Source: Rozella allomycis CSF55 (taxonomy: Eukaryota). Taken from it: a stretch of DNA of 20,000 nucleotides. The notes beneath the pieces were generated by a model that made no database searches, was not told where the DNA came from, and saw nothing but the letters and a program-made list of their open reading frames with translations. A program made the translations under genes and the position numbers. The stretch lies in the NCBI GenBank assembly GCA_000442015.1, contig KE561038.1, positions 55,421 to 75,420 of the forward strand, given 5' to 3'. Of this stretch, positions 1 through 10,271 are shown piece after piece; position 1 is the stretch's first letter; each line of letters starts with the position of its first letter.

Positions 1-214
1 ATCCAAGGCACCTAAATCTTATGTTCAAACAATCACGAAATTGTCAATTAGTGATTGTTATTATTGGATTATATGTATTAGACTCTGACTTTCAATATTT
101 TTTATTTTTACAAGATTAATAATTGAATCCATTGTTCCATATTTTTTTGAAAATTTGGTCTAGATCCAGGCATTGAAAATTGAAATCACAAGGATAAATT
201 GACTTCGCCACCTG

Positions 215-1675
215 ATGAACTGGTCACGAATTCTTTCATTATGCTCTATATTGCTCAGCATAGTTGCCACTTATAATTTTACCGTACATGAAAGAGCAGC
301 TTTAAGAAGAGTAACAGGTAATGCTGTCTTGAGGTCGTTTGCTATGGCTTTACCACTAGCACCTATTGCTACTCTAACTTTTGCGTTACTCACTATTTAT
401 TATCCTATAAAGTCACTGAGATCGGCTATAGATGGGGATTTATTAGCTTCACGGCGGCATCTTATCATGGGAGGGCAAAATTTTCTTCAAATGATGGTTA
501 GCCCATTGTTACCTATAATGGTTCCGACTATAACAGGAATAAGGACTTACGTATCATCCAGAGAAGTTTTGTTGAGTGAAAAATATAAAATTACAGTCAA
601 TATAAGAAGAGATGATAAAGATCAAATTCTGCGAGTAGGATTACAAATATTTCAGAGAAACACTATTGAATCTTTAAAAATGGCAAGATTTCATGTAAAT
701 TTTGAAGATGAATTCGGTTCCGATCATGGGGGACTTTCAAGGGAATATTTTTTTCTTTTCGCCAAGTATCTCTTTGAGGGAGAAAATTCGTTCATTAAAT
801 TCGATAAAACTTTGGGCTATTATCGCTTCAAAACTTCACTTCCCGAGCCGAAGGAAATATTTGCAATCTTAGGGAAGATAATTGGATTCTACACTTTCAA
901 ATCGATGCCGATAGGGGTTCCATTCGTTCCATCATTCTACAAAATACTTTTAGATATCCCATTAAAAGCCACAGATTATGAGAATGATGATCCTCAAACT
1001 TATCTCAATTTAATTTCATTGAAGGGCATGAGGGATAGCGAACTGGATGGCATGGAATTATACTTTCCAAACAATAAAGAAAGAAAAGTCACCATAGAAA
1101 ACGTTGATGATTATATAAAGTAATTTCTAAAATTCAATTTAAATAGTGAAAACGCAATCTATTTGATGCATGGGTTTGCGGAAACCGAATTCAGCATTAT
1201 CAAGGATAATTTTAAACAATTCGTTAAAACAAACAAATGGAATCCAACCTCACTTAAAGTAAATACTATTTATCAAATTAAGATTTAAGAAACTTCTAAC
1301 GGGCGAAATGGATTACGCAAACATTAAGCGAGTTTTACAAAATAGCGTGAGACTCGATAAATATGATAAGAGTGATTCAACCATAAAACATCTATTCCGG
1401 TATTTAGATGAAGCATCAGATGAAATACTACGGCATTTTTGGATTTTCATAAGTGGGACAGAGTACATTCCAGAGAATCCTGATTGGAAAGTAATAAAAT
1501 GTTGTAGTAACGAACTTCACTTGCTACCACAAGCACATACATGGTAATTAAAAGGTCTTTGATTTTAAACTATAGTTTCAATATATTGGAATTGCCACCT
1601 TACCCAACGTACAAAGTGCTTAAACAAAAAATAGACATCGCTATTGAGTTTGCTCACCATTATGGATTTATTTAA
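215..1675 (+). CDS. Minimal HECT-domain E3 ubiquitin ligase with N-terminal signal peptide/hydrophobic segments; 4 exons
   Basis: HECT motifs FEDEFGSDHGGLSREYF, LGKIIG, FYKILL and FWIFISG. Introns 1120-1146, 1259-1289, 1544-1575. Splicing the last one rebuilds the catalytic Cys codon (TG|T), giving LPQAHTCFNILELPPY...HYGFI*; TAA at 1673-1675. Confidence 0.9.
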
Positions 1676-1698
1676 TAAACACACTTTAGATAAATTGT

Positions 1699-1738
1699 CT
1701 ACAACAAAGCTCTACAACAAAACACTACAACAAAACAC
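1699..1738. repeat. Three-copy 13-bp-period tandem repeat (core CTACAACAAA)
   Basis: CTACAACAAA at 1699, 1712 and 1725. Confidence 0.85.
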
Positions 1739-1787
1739 ATAATTCCGTCTGTTAAAGACGTGTTGCGCTCTGAAACTTTACCCATAA

Positions 1788-1793
1788 GCGAAC

Positions 1794-1835
<42 letters not shown>

Positions 1836-1860
1836 TCGTGTTCGATCCACGATGTTCGCA
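1788..1860 (+). tRNA. tRNA-Phe (GAA), intronless
   Basis: Acceptor GCGAACA/TGTTCGC, D arm GCTC/GAGC, anticodon stem TCAGA/TCTGA with GAA at 1821-1823, T arm TCGTG-TTCGATC-CACGA, discriminator A. Confidence 0.98.
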
Positions 1861-1865
1861 CTCTT

Positions 1866-1947
1866 GGTTGGGTGGCCGAGCGGTCCAAGGCGTGAGTTTA
1901 AGGCACTCATCTCTTCGGAGGCAAGGGTTCGAATCCCTTCCCAATCA
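1866..1947 (+). tRNA. tRNA-Leu (AAG), long variable arm, intronless
   Basis: Acceptor GGTTGGG/CCCAATC, anticodon stem TGAGT/ACTCA with loop TT-AAG-GC (AAG at 1900-1902), variable arm CTC-TTCG-GAG, T arm AAGGG-TTCGAAT-CCCTT. Confidence 0.97.
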
Positions 1948-1951
1948 ATCA

Positions 1952-1959
1952 TTTTTTTT
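1952..1959 (+). terminator. RNA polymerase III oligo-T terminator (T8)
   Basis: T8 run 4 nt after tRNA-Leu; no T-run between the two tRNAs. Confidence 0.85.
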
Positions 1960-2092
1960 CGTTTGTCCCTTTTGAAATAATTGTCTGATCGATTCTGATC
2001 TTTAAATTTTCATTTTCCAGGCTCTAAATCTTGTTAATTTTGACTCGATTCTAAACATTGATTTTTCTTTCAAAATTCGTAATTCAATCTTC

Positions 2093-3165
2093 ATGGAAAA
2101 TGTGAACGAATCATTATTTGGTCTTGATGGACTTTTTTGGTCATATGTGCCTTGTTTTATAAGCGATGTATTAGGGTTAAAAAGCTCTGTTTACACTGGT
2201 AAGTATCGTGCTACTCAAATAGCAGATATATTTTTTATCCAAAATCATCCTATTCGATTCGTACATGTCTTAGGTATATTAATAGCCGTAGATAGAAAAT
2301 CTAAATTTACTGTTCTCCACAGTATTAAGCTTCACTTTGCTGAAATAGTTGATGATGGAACTGGTGTCATAGCCTGTGTACTATGGAATGAACAGGAATC
2401 AAAAAGCGCCAGAGAATTTCATCTTGGTTATTGCTATTCACTACAAGGCAAAGTGAATTTCTTTAATGAGCTAAAACAATTAAATGTTCAAAGAATAAGT
2501 ATGATCACTAGCCAAACATTCCTCTAGAAAAAATTGATGATCCGTATTTTGAGATGTATTGGAATTTGCATGTATTAGATATTAAAAAAGGAATTGTCGA
2601 AACTCCTTCTAAGCTGCCTTCTATTGAAGATGCTAAGAAATTGCTACATGAAAATGAGGAAACCGTTGTACTTTTATTTATAGCCTGTCACATGTAGGAA
2701 ACTGTCACATCGTTAGATGCTCTGATCAAAGATTTGAACACAAGATATAAACGCGAATATTCGTACTCGGAACTGAAAGAACTTTTTCACATGGTATTTA
2801 AAAGTTCCATTTAAAAATAGCATGGAATTAGAGAAAATATCGAAATTGGACAAACAATGACTTTATTGCAGTCTGATTGCTTCGTGCGTCTTCTTCCCTC
2901 AGGAAAATATAGAATCTACACAGACGAGGAGTTAATCGAAACAATAAAAGATATAATCATGAATTCAGACACTATTGATATTGTTTCGGGTACCTTATTA
3001 TGTGGTTCTGAATAAGGTGTTAAGATTACTGAAATTATTCAAAAAGTTAAAGACATAAATTTTCTGGCGGGAGTTTCCTTTGGCAGGATTCTAAAAGTGA
3101 TAACAAAAATGATTGATTCATCGATTATTTATGAGATAAACAACAAAGAATACAAATGCCTTTAG
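2093..3165 (+). CDS. STN1: CST complex subunit STN1 (OB fold plus C-terminal winged helix); 7 exons
   Basis: NHPIRFVHVLG, and HIDDGTGVIAC after splicing, are STN1-type OB-fold motifs; C-terminus SIIYEINNKEYKCL* is wHTH-like. Introns 2199-2225 (or 2222), 2322-2348, 2499-2527, 2668-2697, 2794-2820, 2990-3016 give one continuous frame. Confidence 0.8.
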
Positions 3166-3371
3166 AAGAATAAGGCAGTGATCATTGCTGATTCCGCACG
3201 TGTATCACGTTTGATCATTTATGGAATAGTCAAATGTGGATCAAATGCCTTTTAAAATAAATTAAGCGTTTTCTTTATATATCGAGCATCATAAATTTAC
3301 CTTAAAGTTAAATTTAAAGAAATTGGGATCATGCCGCGGAGAATTCCAAATTGGACAAGCCTCTTTTTTTC

Positions 3372-4124
3372 ATGTCCACATTAAGTTGGTTTTCTCAACT
3401 ACCCCATACAGCCCCATTGAATAATCTTTTAATTGGTAACAATTATTAATTGTGTTCATTGATAGAATGGCTCAACCAGAGAGTGCTTAACCTTATACCA
3501 GTTAAAAAATCTTGCCCCTCAATTCTCCCATCTGTAAAAAGCTTTGTAAATATGATTTCAAATCATTCCCGTTGTATTCCTGTTATTCTTCTTATAACTA
3601 TAATATACATTGATCGACTAAGAGCAAGGCTTCCGTCGCATGCTACCGGAAACACTGAAACTCCACATCGTATTGTGCTTGCATCTATGATAATTGCAAC
3701 CAAGCAAATGAATGATAGCCCTCCCAAAAATAAGCACTGGATTTCATTTTCTGGCAGGTATTTCTCTGTTTTTGAAGTGAATATGATGGAACGACAGTTA
3801 TTAGCTTTGCTTGATTATCAAACCAACATTGATGCGAGAGAAATATGCTATTATATCGAGGGTGCTCGTCTAGAGGAGCAAATAATGGCTCAGGCCTACC
3901 TGGTGCCTGTCAGCTTGGGGCTTGGCCGAATAGTAAACAATGACTTTTGTAACTCAACAAATGCATTCAATGAAAACAAACAATTTTTTGAAAGTCATGC
4001 ACCTGAATTTTGCTCAATACTCCCATCTTCGAATTATCAAACAAAATACCTGGATGATTCTATCATGAGCCTTTATGTAAGGCCAGTTTTGAAGCTGTAC
4101 GAAAACCCTAGTGTCTCTGTATAA
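3372..4124 (+). CDS. Pho85-type (PCL1/2-like) cyclin; 2 exons
   Basis: Cyclin box LLITIIYIDRLRARLP...TPHRIVLASMIIATK.MNDSPPKNKHW...EVNMMERQLLALLDY. ATG 3372 plus intron 3436-3465 joins the ORF in frame. Confidence 0.88.
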
Positions 4125-4181
4125 TATAGTCACATTTTCTTTTATCATAAATATCTTTGTTTATTGTTTTGAACTATTTTG

Positions 4182-4817
4182 ATGCAAAAACTGTTAGTGT
4201 TATTTCAATTTCTTCTTTTCCGTATCTCAAGTGGTTCAATTTTTGTATTTCCATCGACAATTTCCTCTACAAGTCTGTTGAATTTAGTTATTCTAAATCG
4301 TGATATTTGCCCATTGTCTAGCCAAAACATAACAAATTTTATTGTTAATGTAGACCCAAGTGTAAATTATTTGGAACTAAAGGCCACAAATAATTCTGGA
4401 TCATTGACTTCATATTCACCAATTCGGTTCAAGCCAATTTTGGCGGGACAGATTTTATCAGAGAGCATTGTTGCGATTGTCGGGGATAAATTTAATGATA
4501 CAAATTTAATATTCAATATGTCATGTGGCAATCAAACCATTCAGAAAGATCTAATGCTAAAGAAGGACGTTGGTGTTATAGCGCAAACCCAGGGCACTGA
4601 AACTGTTCAACCAAGTTATAGTGTTAATGAAAAGACTCTCGCTGTTTCAGTTACTTCCCTAATAGTTTCAATCACGTCATTGATAATGAGTATTGTTTGT
4701 CTAGTGTTTGTCTCAAGGAACCAGCATCCATTAATCCTGAAACCAGTCATTCGTTCGTATGATCACAGATGGTCAGCAACACCCTCAGCAAGATCAAGTG
4801 GTTTCCAAAACTTATAA
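4182..4817 (+). CDS. Hypothetical single-pass type I membrane protein, intronless
   Basis: 211-codon ORF from ATG 4182; signal-like MQKLLVLFQFLLFRISSG, sequons NIT/NNS/NDT/NMS/NQT, C-terminal hydrophobic LAVSVTSLIVSITSLIMSIVCLVFV. Confidence 0.75.
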   Translation: MQKLLVLFQFLLFRISSGSIFVFPSTISSTSLLNLVILNRDICPLSSQNITNFIVNVDPSVNYLELKATNNSGSLTSYSPIRFKPILAGQILSESIVAIVGDKFNDTNLIFNMSCGNQTIQKDLMLKKDVGVIAQTQGTETVQPSYSVNEKTLAVSVTSLIVSITSLIMSIVCLVFVSRNQHPLILKPVIRSYDHRWSATPSARSSGFQNL

Positions 4818-4856
4818 TATTATTAATAATCAATTAAAAATAAATTTAATTATGAA

Positions 4857-7378
4857 TTAATGATCATGAGTGATGGAATTCTTTTCTTCTCTCTGTTCTA
4901 CGTCCTTCTTTGACCATAAAGCGATTCCAAGTTGGTCCATTGGATCAAAAGGTTGTCCCATTTGACGAAAAAATCTCTTTGAAACATGAATAGCCATGTC
5001 TGTAGAAAGGTTGGTGTTTGCTTCTTGAATGCCTTGACAGATCCATTGAGGCAATTTGCTTCGTTTATCTTGTCTGCCATAACGCTATATAAAATTAGTC
5101 GTTGATTTACTTTATCAGCCAACACCATCAAACCGTAATCGTTTTTACCACGAAGTACTCGTCCAAGACATTGGGCAGCATGACGGATAGCATCAAACGT
5201 TAAAAACTCATTTTCTCTAATTCTGAATTGTTCTCTCAGATATTCAAGTCTGGCTTTCAAAATTCTACTCTCTGTGTATTGGTATGGAATTCCGAACATA
5301 ATTACACAGCGGCCATAGTGATGGTCAAAATCAATTCCCTCTGAAACTTTTCCACGCGCCACGCAAATCAAGACCGAACCTCTTCCATTTTCGCAGGCCT
5401 TTCTGTAGTGATCCAAAGCAATGCTGGTTTCTAGCGCATCTGGAGTTTCAACAAAGATTAATTTGTATTTCATAACTTCATTTAATAATCCCTTTTAACG
5501 TTGGAGGATAAATTATTACCATTTTATCCCACTGTGAGACAATTGCCTCCATGTATAGATAACTAGGAAAGAAACAAACGAGTCCATCAGGAGTTATTTT
5601 GACCATTTCTAACAAAATATTACCAAAATTTCTAACAACAGCAGGGTCATTACGGACTTCAAACTTGCTACTAACAGCAACTTGGTCACTTCCCCTGGTA
5701 ATAATCAATGGAGAGAAAGAGTTTCTGCTTAAAGACATTTGAAAGCTCTTCAAAGTTACAGGTTCAAATTTAAGCATTTTGGGATACATTTCTAATGGAG
5801 AAAGTGTTCCAGATGTTATGATTACACTTTGAAATCTATCAAATATAGGTTTCATCGCTATTGATGCATCCATACAGCTTAAATGCAATACTGGATTTGG
5901 AACATCTGACTTATCATCTTCAAAAGGCTCCATGATAATGACAAATCCTGCTATCGAAATCGATTTTATTTGTACCTTGATTGTATGTACCAACCAGGGT
6001 AGCAAAGTAAGCCACCCTCTGCAAAGAAGAAAATTCTTCAATGTTGGTTAATTCTAAAGTTCTAACCAAGGAAGATAATCTTTCGGCACAAAATCGAAGA
6101 GGCTTTTGGTCAATCATGGTTGATTGCTTTAAATCAAACCTGAAAGATAATGGGCTTTCAGAAACAACATGCATTATTTTCAGTTTGGACTTTAAATATT
6201 CAACAAATCTTCTTAAAAGAGAAACAAAATGTTCTGCTTTTCGAATACTTCCAGGGATGGACTCTTTCAGAATGTCATCAGGAAGAACAGGATTGGAAAG
6301 AAATTGGTCAGTTTCTCTATCAGCTTTGGTTTTACGAAGACCCTCCACTAATTTTTTGTATTCGTTCTTCAATTTGTCCGCATCTCTTTCCTTTATTCTA
6401 TTATGGATATGGTGATGAATTACTCTTCGATTCGTTGTGCCAATTTTGAAATACTCTTGGCGCTCGCTTCTACATTTTGTTTTGTCAAATCAACGCTCAT
6501 GCTTTCTATGCAAACGTTATCGATATTGTGGGCTTCATCAAAAACAACAATGCAGTCTTTGCTCATTTCTTTGGAAACCAAGTCTGCAATCTTTGGATCT
6601 AACAAGTAATGATAACTATAAACGATCACATTCGCATTTTGAAGCTATAAATTATAAACGTAAAGTTAAATTACAGTGTAGCGAGAAAGAAAGTAAGGGC
6701 AGTAGCCTTTTGATTTTCCATAATCTTTTAATTCATCCAATGTGTAAACACCACTAGGAAGGCTAACTTTTCTATCTAAATCTTCAATGTTTTCGTAAAA
6801 TTCACACGTTTTTATTTGGCTATCGTTTTTAGCACTATCTCGGATCCACGACGCTGTTAATTCCAAACATCTTGCATCTACAACCTTTCCAAACCTTTCT
6901 TGACTAACCTTTATTTATTTAAACCTTAGTCTTTTACTTTCTCGTGAATGCAAAGATTTTTTCTTGATGACAATCCCAGTCCAAGAAATCCCAACTTCTT
7001 CCCAACTTCTTTTTCAATGTATTTAATCAAATTTCGCAACTCTATAAGCGTCTTTTCTATTTCTGGAACTGTACGACTACAATATATCAGTTTTCTATTG
7101 CCTTGGTTATGCTTATAGTTAAAACAGATTTCAAATCATACCATCTGATATGAAATAATAAAAGACAATAAAGTAACTGTTTTCCCTGTTCCTGAAGGCA
7201 TTTCTAAAGCACAGTGACCCTGTTATTCATAATATTTTATGTTACTTTAGCGTCCAGCGCTTTTTTTAGTTCAACCATGTATTCATATTGTTCTGGGTAA
7301 ATATAATCATAAGGAAAGAACACATCTAAACCACCTATGTTTAGTCTGTTTAAAATGGATCAATTCTCTATACTTCAT
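4857..7378 (-). CDS. RAD3: TFIIH helicase XPD/Rad3; 10 exons
   Basis: [21 protein letters not shown] start, EMPSGTGKT, Fe-S cysteines (LCIH, CEFYE, CPYF), [30 protein letters not shown]. Introns 7346-7373, 7220-7245, 7112-7141, 6909-6937, 6645-6674, 6398-6423, 5948-5975, 5492-5519, 5085-5110. Confidence 0.97.
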
Positions 7379-7514
7379 TTAGGATTTTTCTTAAAAAATT
7401 AGTTCCGCAAATTCATCAATAATAGAGAGGATAATCAAAAATAGGCAATATATTTATTAGTATAGTTGTACCAAAACTCTATATTTATTTTATAATGCAA
7501 AACTCAAAACATAA

Positions 7515-8339
7515 TTATTGATGGATGCCGCGCTTCAATAACCGATTTTGAATAATCGGAGTAAATTTCAACAATTTTGGCAGCACATTCTTGTCTAATT
7601 TGTCGTAAACAAATGTGCCGCTTAAACAGAAACATTGTTCACAGTCATCGTCTCGGTCAGATCTATTCAACGACTGGAGTTGTTTTGATAATGCCTGGCC
7701 TTGGCCATCGGCGATTTCAGTTAACTTTTTATAAACGTCAATACCAAATAAATTGTCTTCCTTTCCATATATTTTCCAAACTATCCGGGAAAATTCCAGA
7801 GCCATCTTGATAGCTAGGCGAACAGATGTGTCCTTTACGTTGAAGATATGGTTCAGTCGGTCGATGGCGCTGACCATAATCTCATTGCTGCTGCAATAAC
7901 AGAGATGGTCTTTCAGTTTTTTGGAATCACGGGTTGCTTTTTGATTTTGATTTTTTGGCAGTAGCCTTTTCTCCTTTTTAAACAATTCAGTTGCAGCCTT
8001 AATATTTTCACGTTTTCTTTTTCGATTTGATAATTCTGGGATTAAAGCCTGCTCAACCTGATAATTATAAACGCCATTATCAGTGACGGTTTTCGACCTG
8101 AAAGTCATTTGGTCATCAGAAATTTCATCGATTTGGATCATAGGCTTGCTATTAACTACTAGAGGCCTCTCAAATGGACATAGTGGATTTAATGCCAAAC
8201 CTGCACTACCATTGATTGTAGGTGTTTGTAACTGGTCTAGATAGGCCCTTTGCGTATTAGTGTAATTATTTAGCGCGAAAAAAAATAATATCGATGCGAA
8301 AAATGCATGAACTGGAAGAGTTTTCCCTACTGAAACCAT
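7515..8339 (-). CDS. Hypothetical secreted or signal-anchored protein with NLS-like motif, intronless
   Basis: 274-codon ORF from ATG 8339; hydrophobic AFFASILFFFAL, basic RKRKR, motifs CYC and CEQCFC; no family recognised. Confidence 0.7.
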   Translation of the reverse strand: MVSVGKTLPVHAFFASILFFFALNNYTNTQRAYLDQLQTPTINGSAGLALNPLCPFERPLVVNSKPMIQIDEISDDQMTFRSKTVTDNGVYNYQVEQALIPELSNRKRKRENIKAATELFKKEKRLLPKNQNQKATRDSKKLKDHLCYCSSNEIMVSAIDRLNHIFNVKDTSVRLAIKMALEFSRIVWKIYGKEDNLFGIDVYKKLTEIADGQGQALSKQLQSLNRSDRDDDCEQCFCLSGTFVYDKLDKNVLPKLLKFTPIIQNRLLKRGIHQ

Positions 8340-8402
8340 TTTCACAAGTGGTGGCTGAATTCACGAGGGTGGCAAAGCAAAAGTATTTTAAGAAGTTTAT
8401 TT

Positions 8403-9360
8403 TTAGTCGTCATCCGGATCACCAAGATGTGATAGATCAATTTTCTTTCTCGTAGGCCTTTGAATTTCCTTTATGTGATTATGCTATCTGATTTACTTTT
8501 TCATCATCGGAAGTAACATTAACATCTTCTTTATCTTTGAACCCTGAGTCTTCTAACTCCTTTAATTCTGAAGCTAAATCTCTCTTTCTTTTGATAGCTT
8601 CGCATTTTTTCAAAGTGGGAGTTCCTTTTACTCCCAAATCTTCAAGCGTTTTTTGAAGCTTCGCTATTTGTTCACCTTTTTTAAGGCCAGCTAAATCGTT
8701 TTTCCTAACTAATCATAGATAATATTCAACTACCATCGTCCCCGTACACCGCAAGCCCTTATGTAATTTTTCAATCTTTCAATTTTCTTATCAGAGGCGG
8801 TCATTGAGTTTTTCTTTGATGTCGCTTCCTAAAATGCGAAAGAATGTGTTTAATTACTTTCTTTTTAGGGCTTTTTGATTTGCCATCCTTTTCAATATTA
8901 ATTTCATTTTCATCGTTTTCTTCGTCGTTAATATCATCAAGATTTTCTTCTTCACGTTCCGCATCCTCCTCCATATCTTCTTGTTCATTGTTTTCATCAA
9001 TTATTTCCTGTGATTCTTTAGAAGCATCATCTTTATTGTTTTCCGTCTCGCCCATGGGAATATTTTCGCTAATATTTTCCTTTTCTTATTTTATTCCTCA
9101 CCATACCTTTTCATCATTGGTTTTCTCCAAAACTGCATCTTTTATACATTCCTTGATGTATTCTTTTATTTCCACTCTTTCGAAAAGGTCTGCATCAAAC
9201 TCTGAAGTCTCTGCCAACTTTCCCCTAATTTGACGCGTTGTCAAAGAACTATTTTTGGTTATATTAGTATATTTTACTCGATATCTCCCTCTGAAACAAT
9301 CTTATTTATGGTTTCTTTCAATTTATCCAAAACTTCTGTTGATGCTATTTCACTCAACAT
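8403..9360 (-). CDS. DEK-C plus HIRIP3/CHZ-like histone chaperone; 6 exons
   Basis: N-terminal DIDSLTTRQIRGKLAE (DEK-C-like), acidic tract, then IERLKNYIRACGVRGRW...LQKTLEDLGVKGTPTLKKCEAIKRKRDLASEL (HIRIP3-like), ending DLSHLGDPDDD*. Introns 9249-9277, 9080-9106, 8829-8857, 8705-8733, 8469-8496. Confidence 0.78.
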
Positions 9361-9444
9361 TGAACTGCCGCAGCAAAGCGGTATGTAGCCTTTAAAAACT
9401 AGCTTATATGGAATGAAGGATATTTAATTTATTTAAATTTATGA

Positions 9445-10222
9445 TTAGAATAAAGATCTAAAGAAGTTTCTAATTTTATGCAGAATCCAAGAGACGACAA
9501 AAAATGCAATGGCTCCACCGAAAATAATAAAGTAATTCCCTGTCACATTTTCGTCTTTCAAATTTAAAAACTTGTAAGGGTAAAATGCTTTTCTAAAATT
9601 TTTCATTGAATTAAGCTTACCCTGTCGCATCGTTATATATTGCACTTCCTATCCACACCAGAAAGAGTTAATAGACTATAAGAATAAGAAACAATGGAAG
9701 AAATATAACACTGAATACCATTTCATTGAAAGTAAACTCGATGATCATCAAGAAAAGGTTTACAGCATGAACAGAAATGTTCAGAAACCATTGAAACCCA
9801 CTGCGACGTAATGCTTGACCTTGAGAATACAGAACGTAGGACCAGTACATTACGGTCACTATCAATGCTGAAGTAAAAGAAAATATGTATATTGCAGTGA
9901 TAACAACTGGTGCTATTCGCTGGTGATCCACGGCACAATCATTGCCCTCTTTTTGGCATTTTACAATCGCATATATCGTGTAAATCAATGCTACCTAGGC
10001 AAAACAATATTTAATATTTACCCAAAAGTAAACTGTGACAAAGATGAAGGAAATAGTAGTAAAGAACAGTATTATTCTACCTTGCCCGAAATGATCTATT
10101 AATGAGGAAATAAGAACAACGGTAGTAAATATGGCGAATAATAGACGTAATAAGAATAGGCATTTCCAGTTTACTAGCCATCCTTCGACAATGCTAGTTG
10201 GTGTAATATGATCCGATCGCAT
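9445..10222 (-). CDS. Multi-pass membrane protein (FAR-17a/AIG1 or rolling-stone-like) with an in-frame TAA at 9668-9670; possible pseudogene or null allele
   Basis: Motifs FFTTISF, IVTVMYW, ISVHAVN...IIEF and YPYKFL. Introns 9995-10021 and 9593-9620; the frame reads LIVY*LFLVWIGSAIYNDATG|KAFYPYKFL. Confidence 0.7.
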
Positions 10223-10271
10223 GAATAGTCAAAGTTTGATCCAAATAATATATATCAATTAAAAAATAAGT

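Noticed and set aside
1699-1738. CRISPR array, transposon or telomeric repeat
   Set aside because: Spacers are only 3 nt, the context is eukaryotic, and there is no transposase, terminal repeat or TTAGGG-type array in the window.
1699-1952. Minus-strand ORFs of 81 and 66 aa
   Set aside because: Antisense shadows of the two tRNA genes.
1-2032. Similar TCCA(A)GGC..TAAATCTT words at 2-20, about 164 and about 2016 as a shared promoter motif
   Set aside because: Degenerate, at inconsistent distances from start codons and not distinguishable from chance.
9668-9670. TAA reassigned to Gln, as in some aphelids and ciliates
   Set aside because: HECT, XPD, FAB1, NSA2 and SF3B2 all end at TAA at the expected C-termini, and no other exon has an in-frame TAA or TAG.
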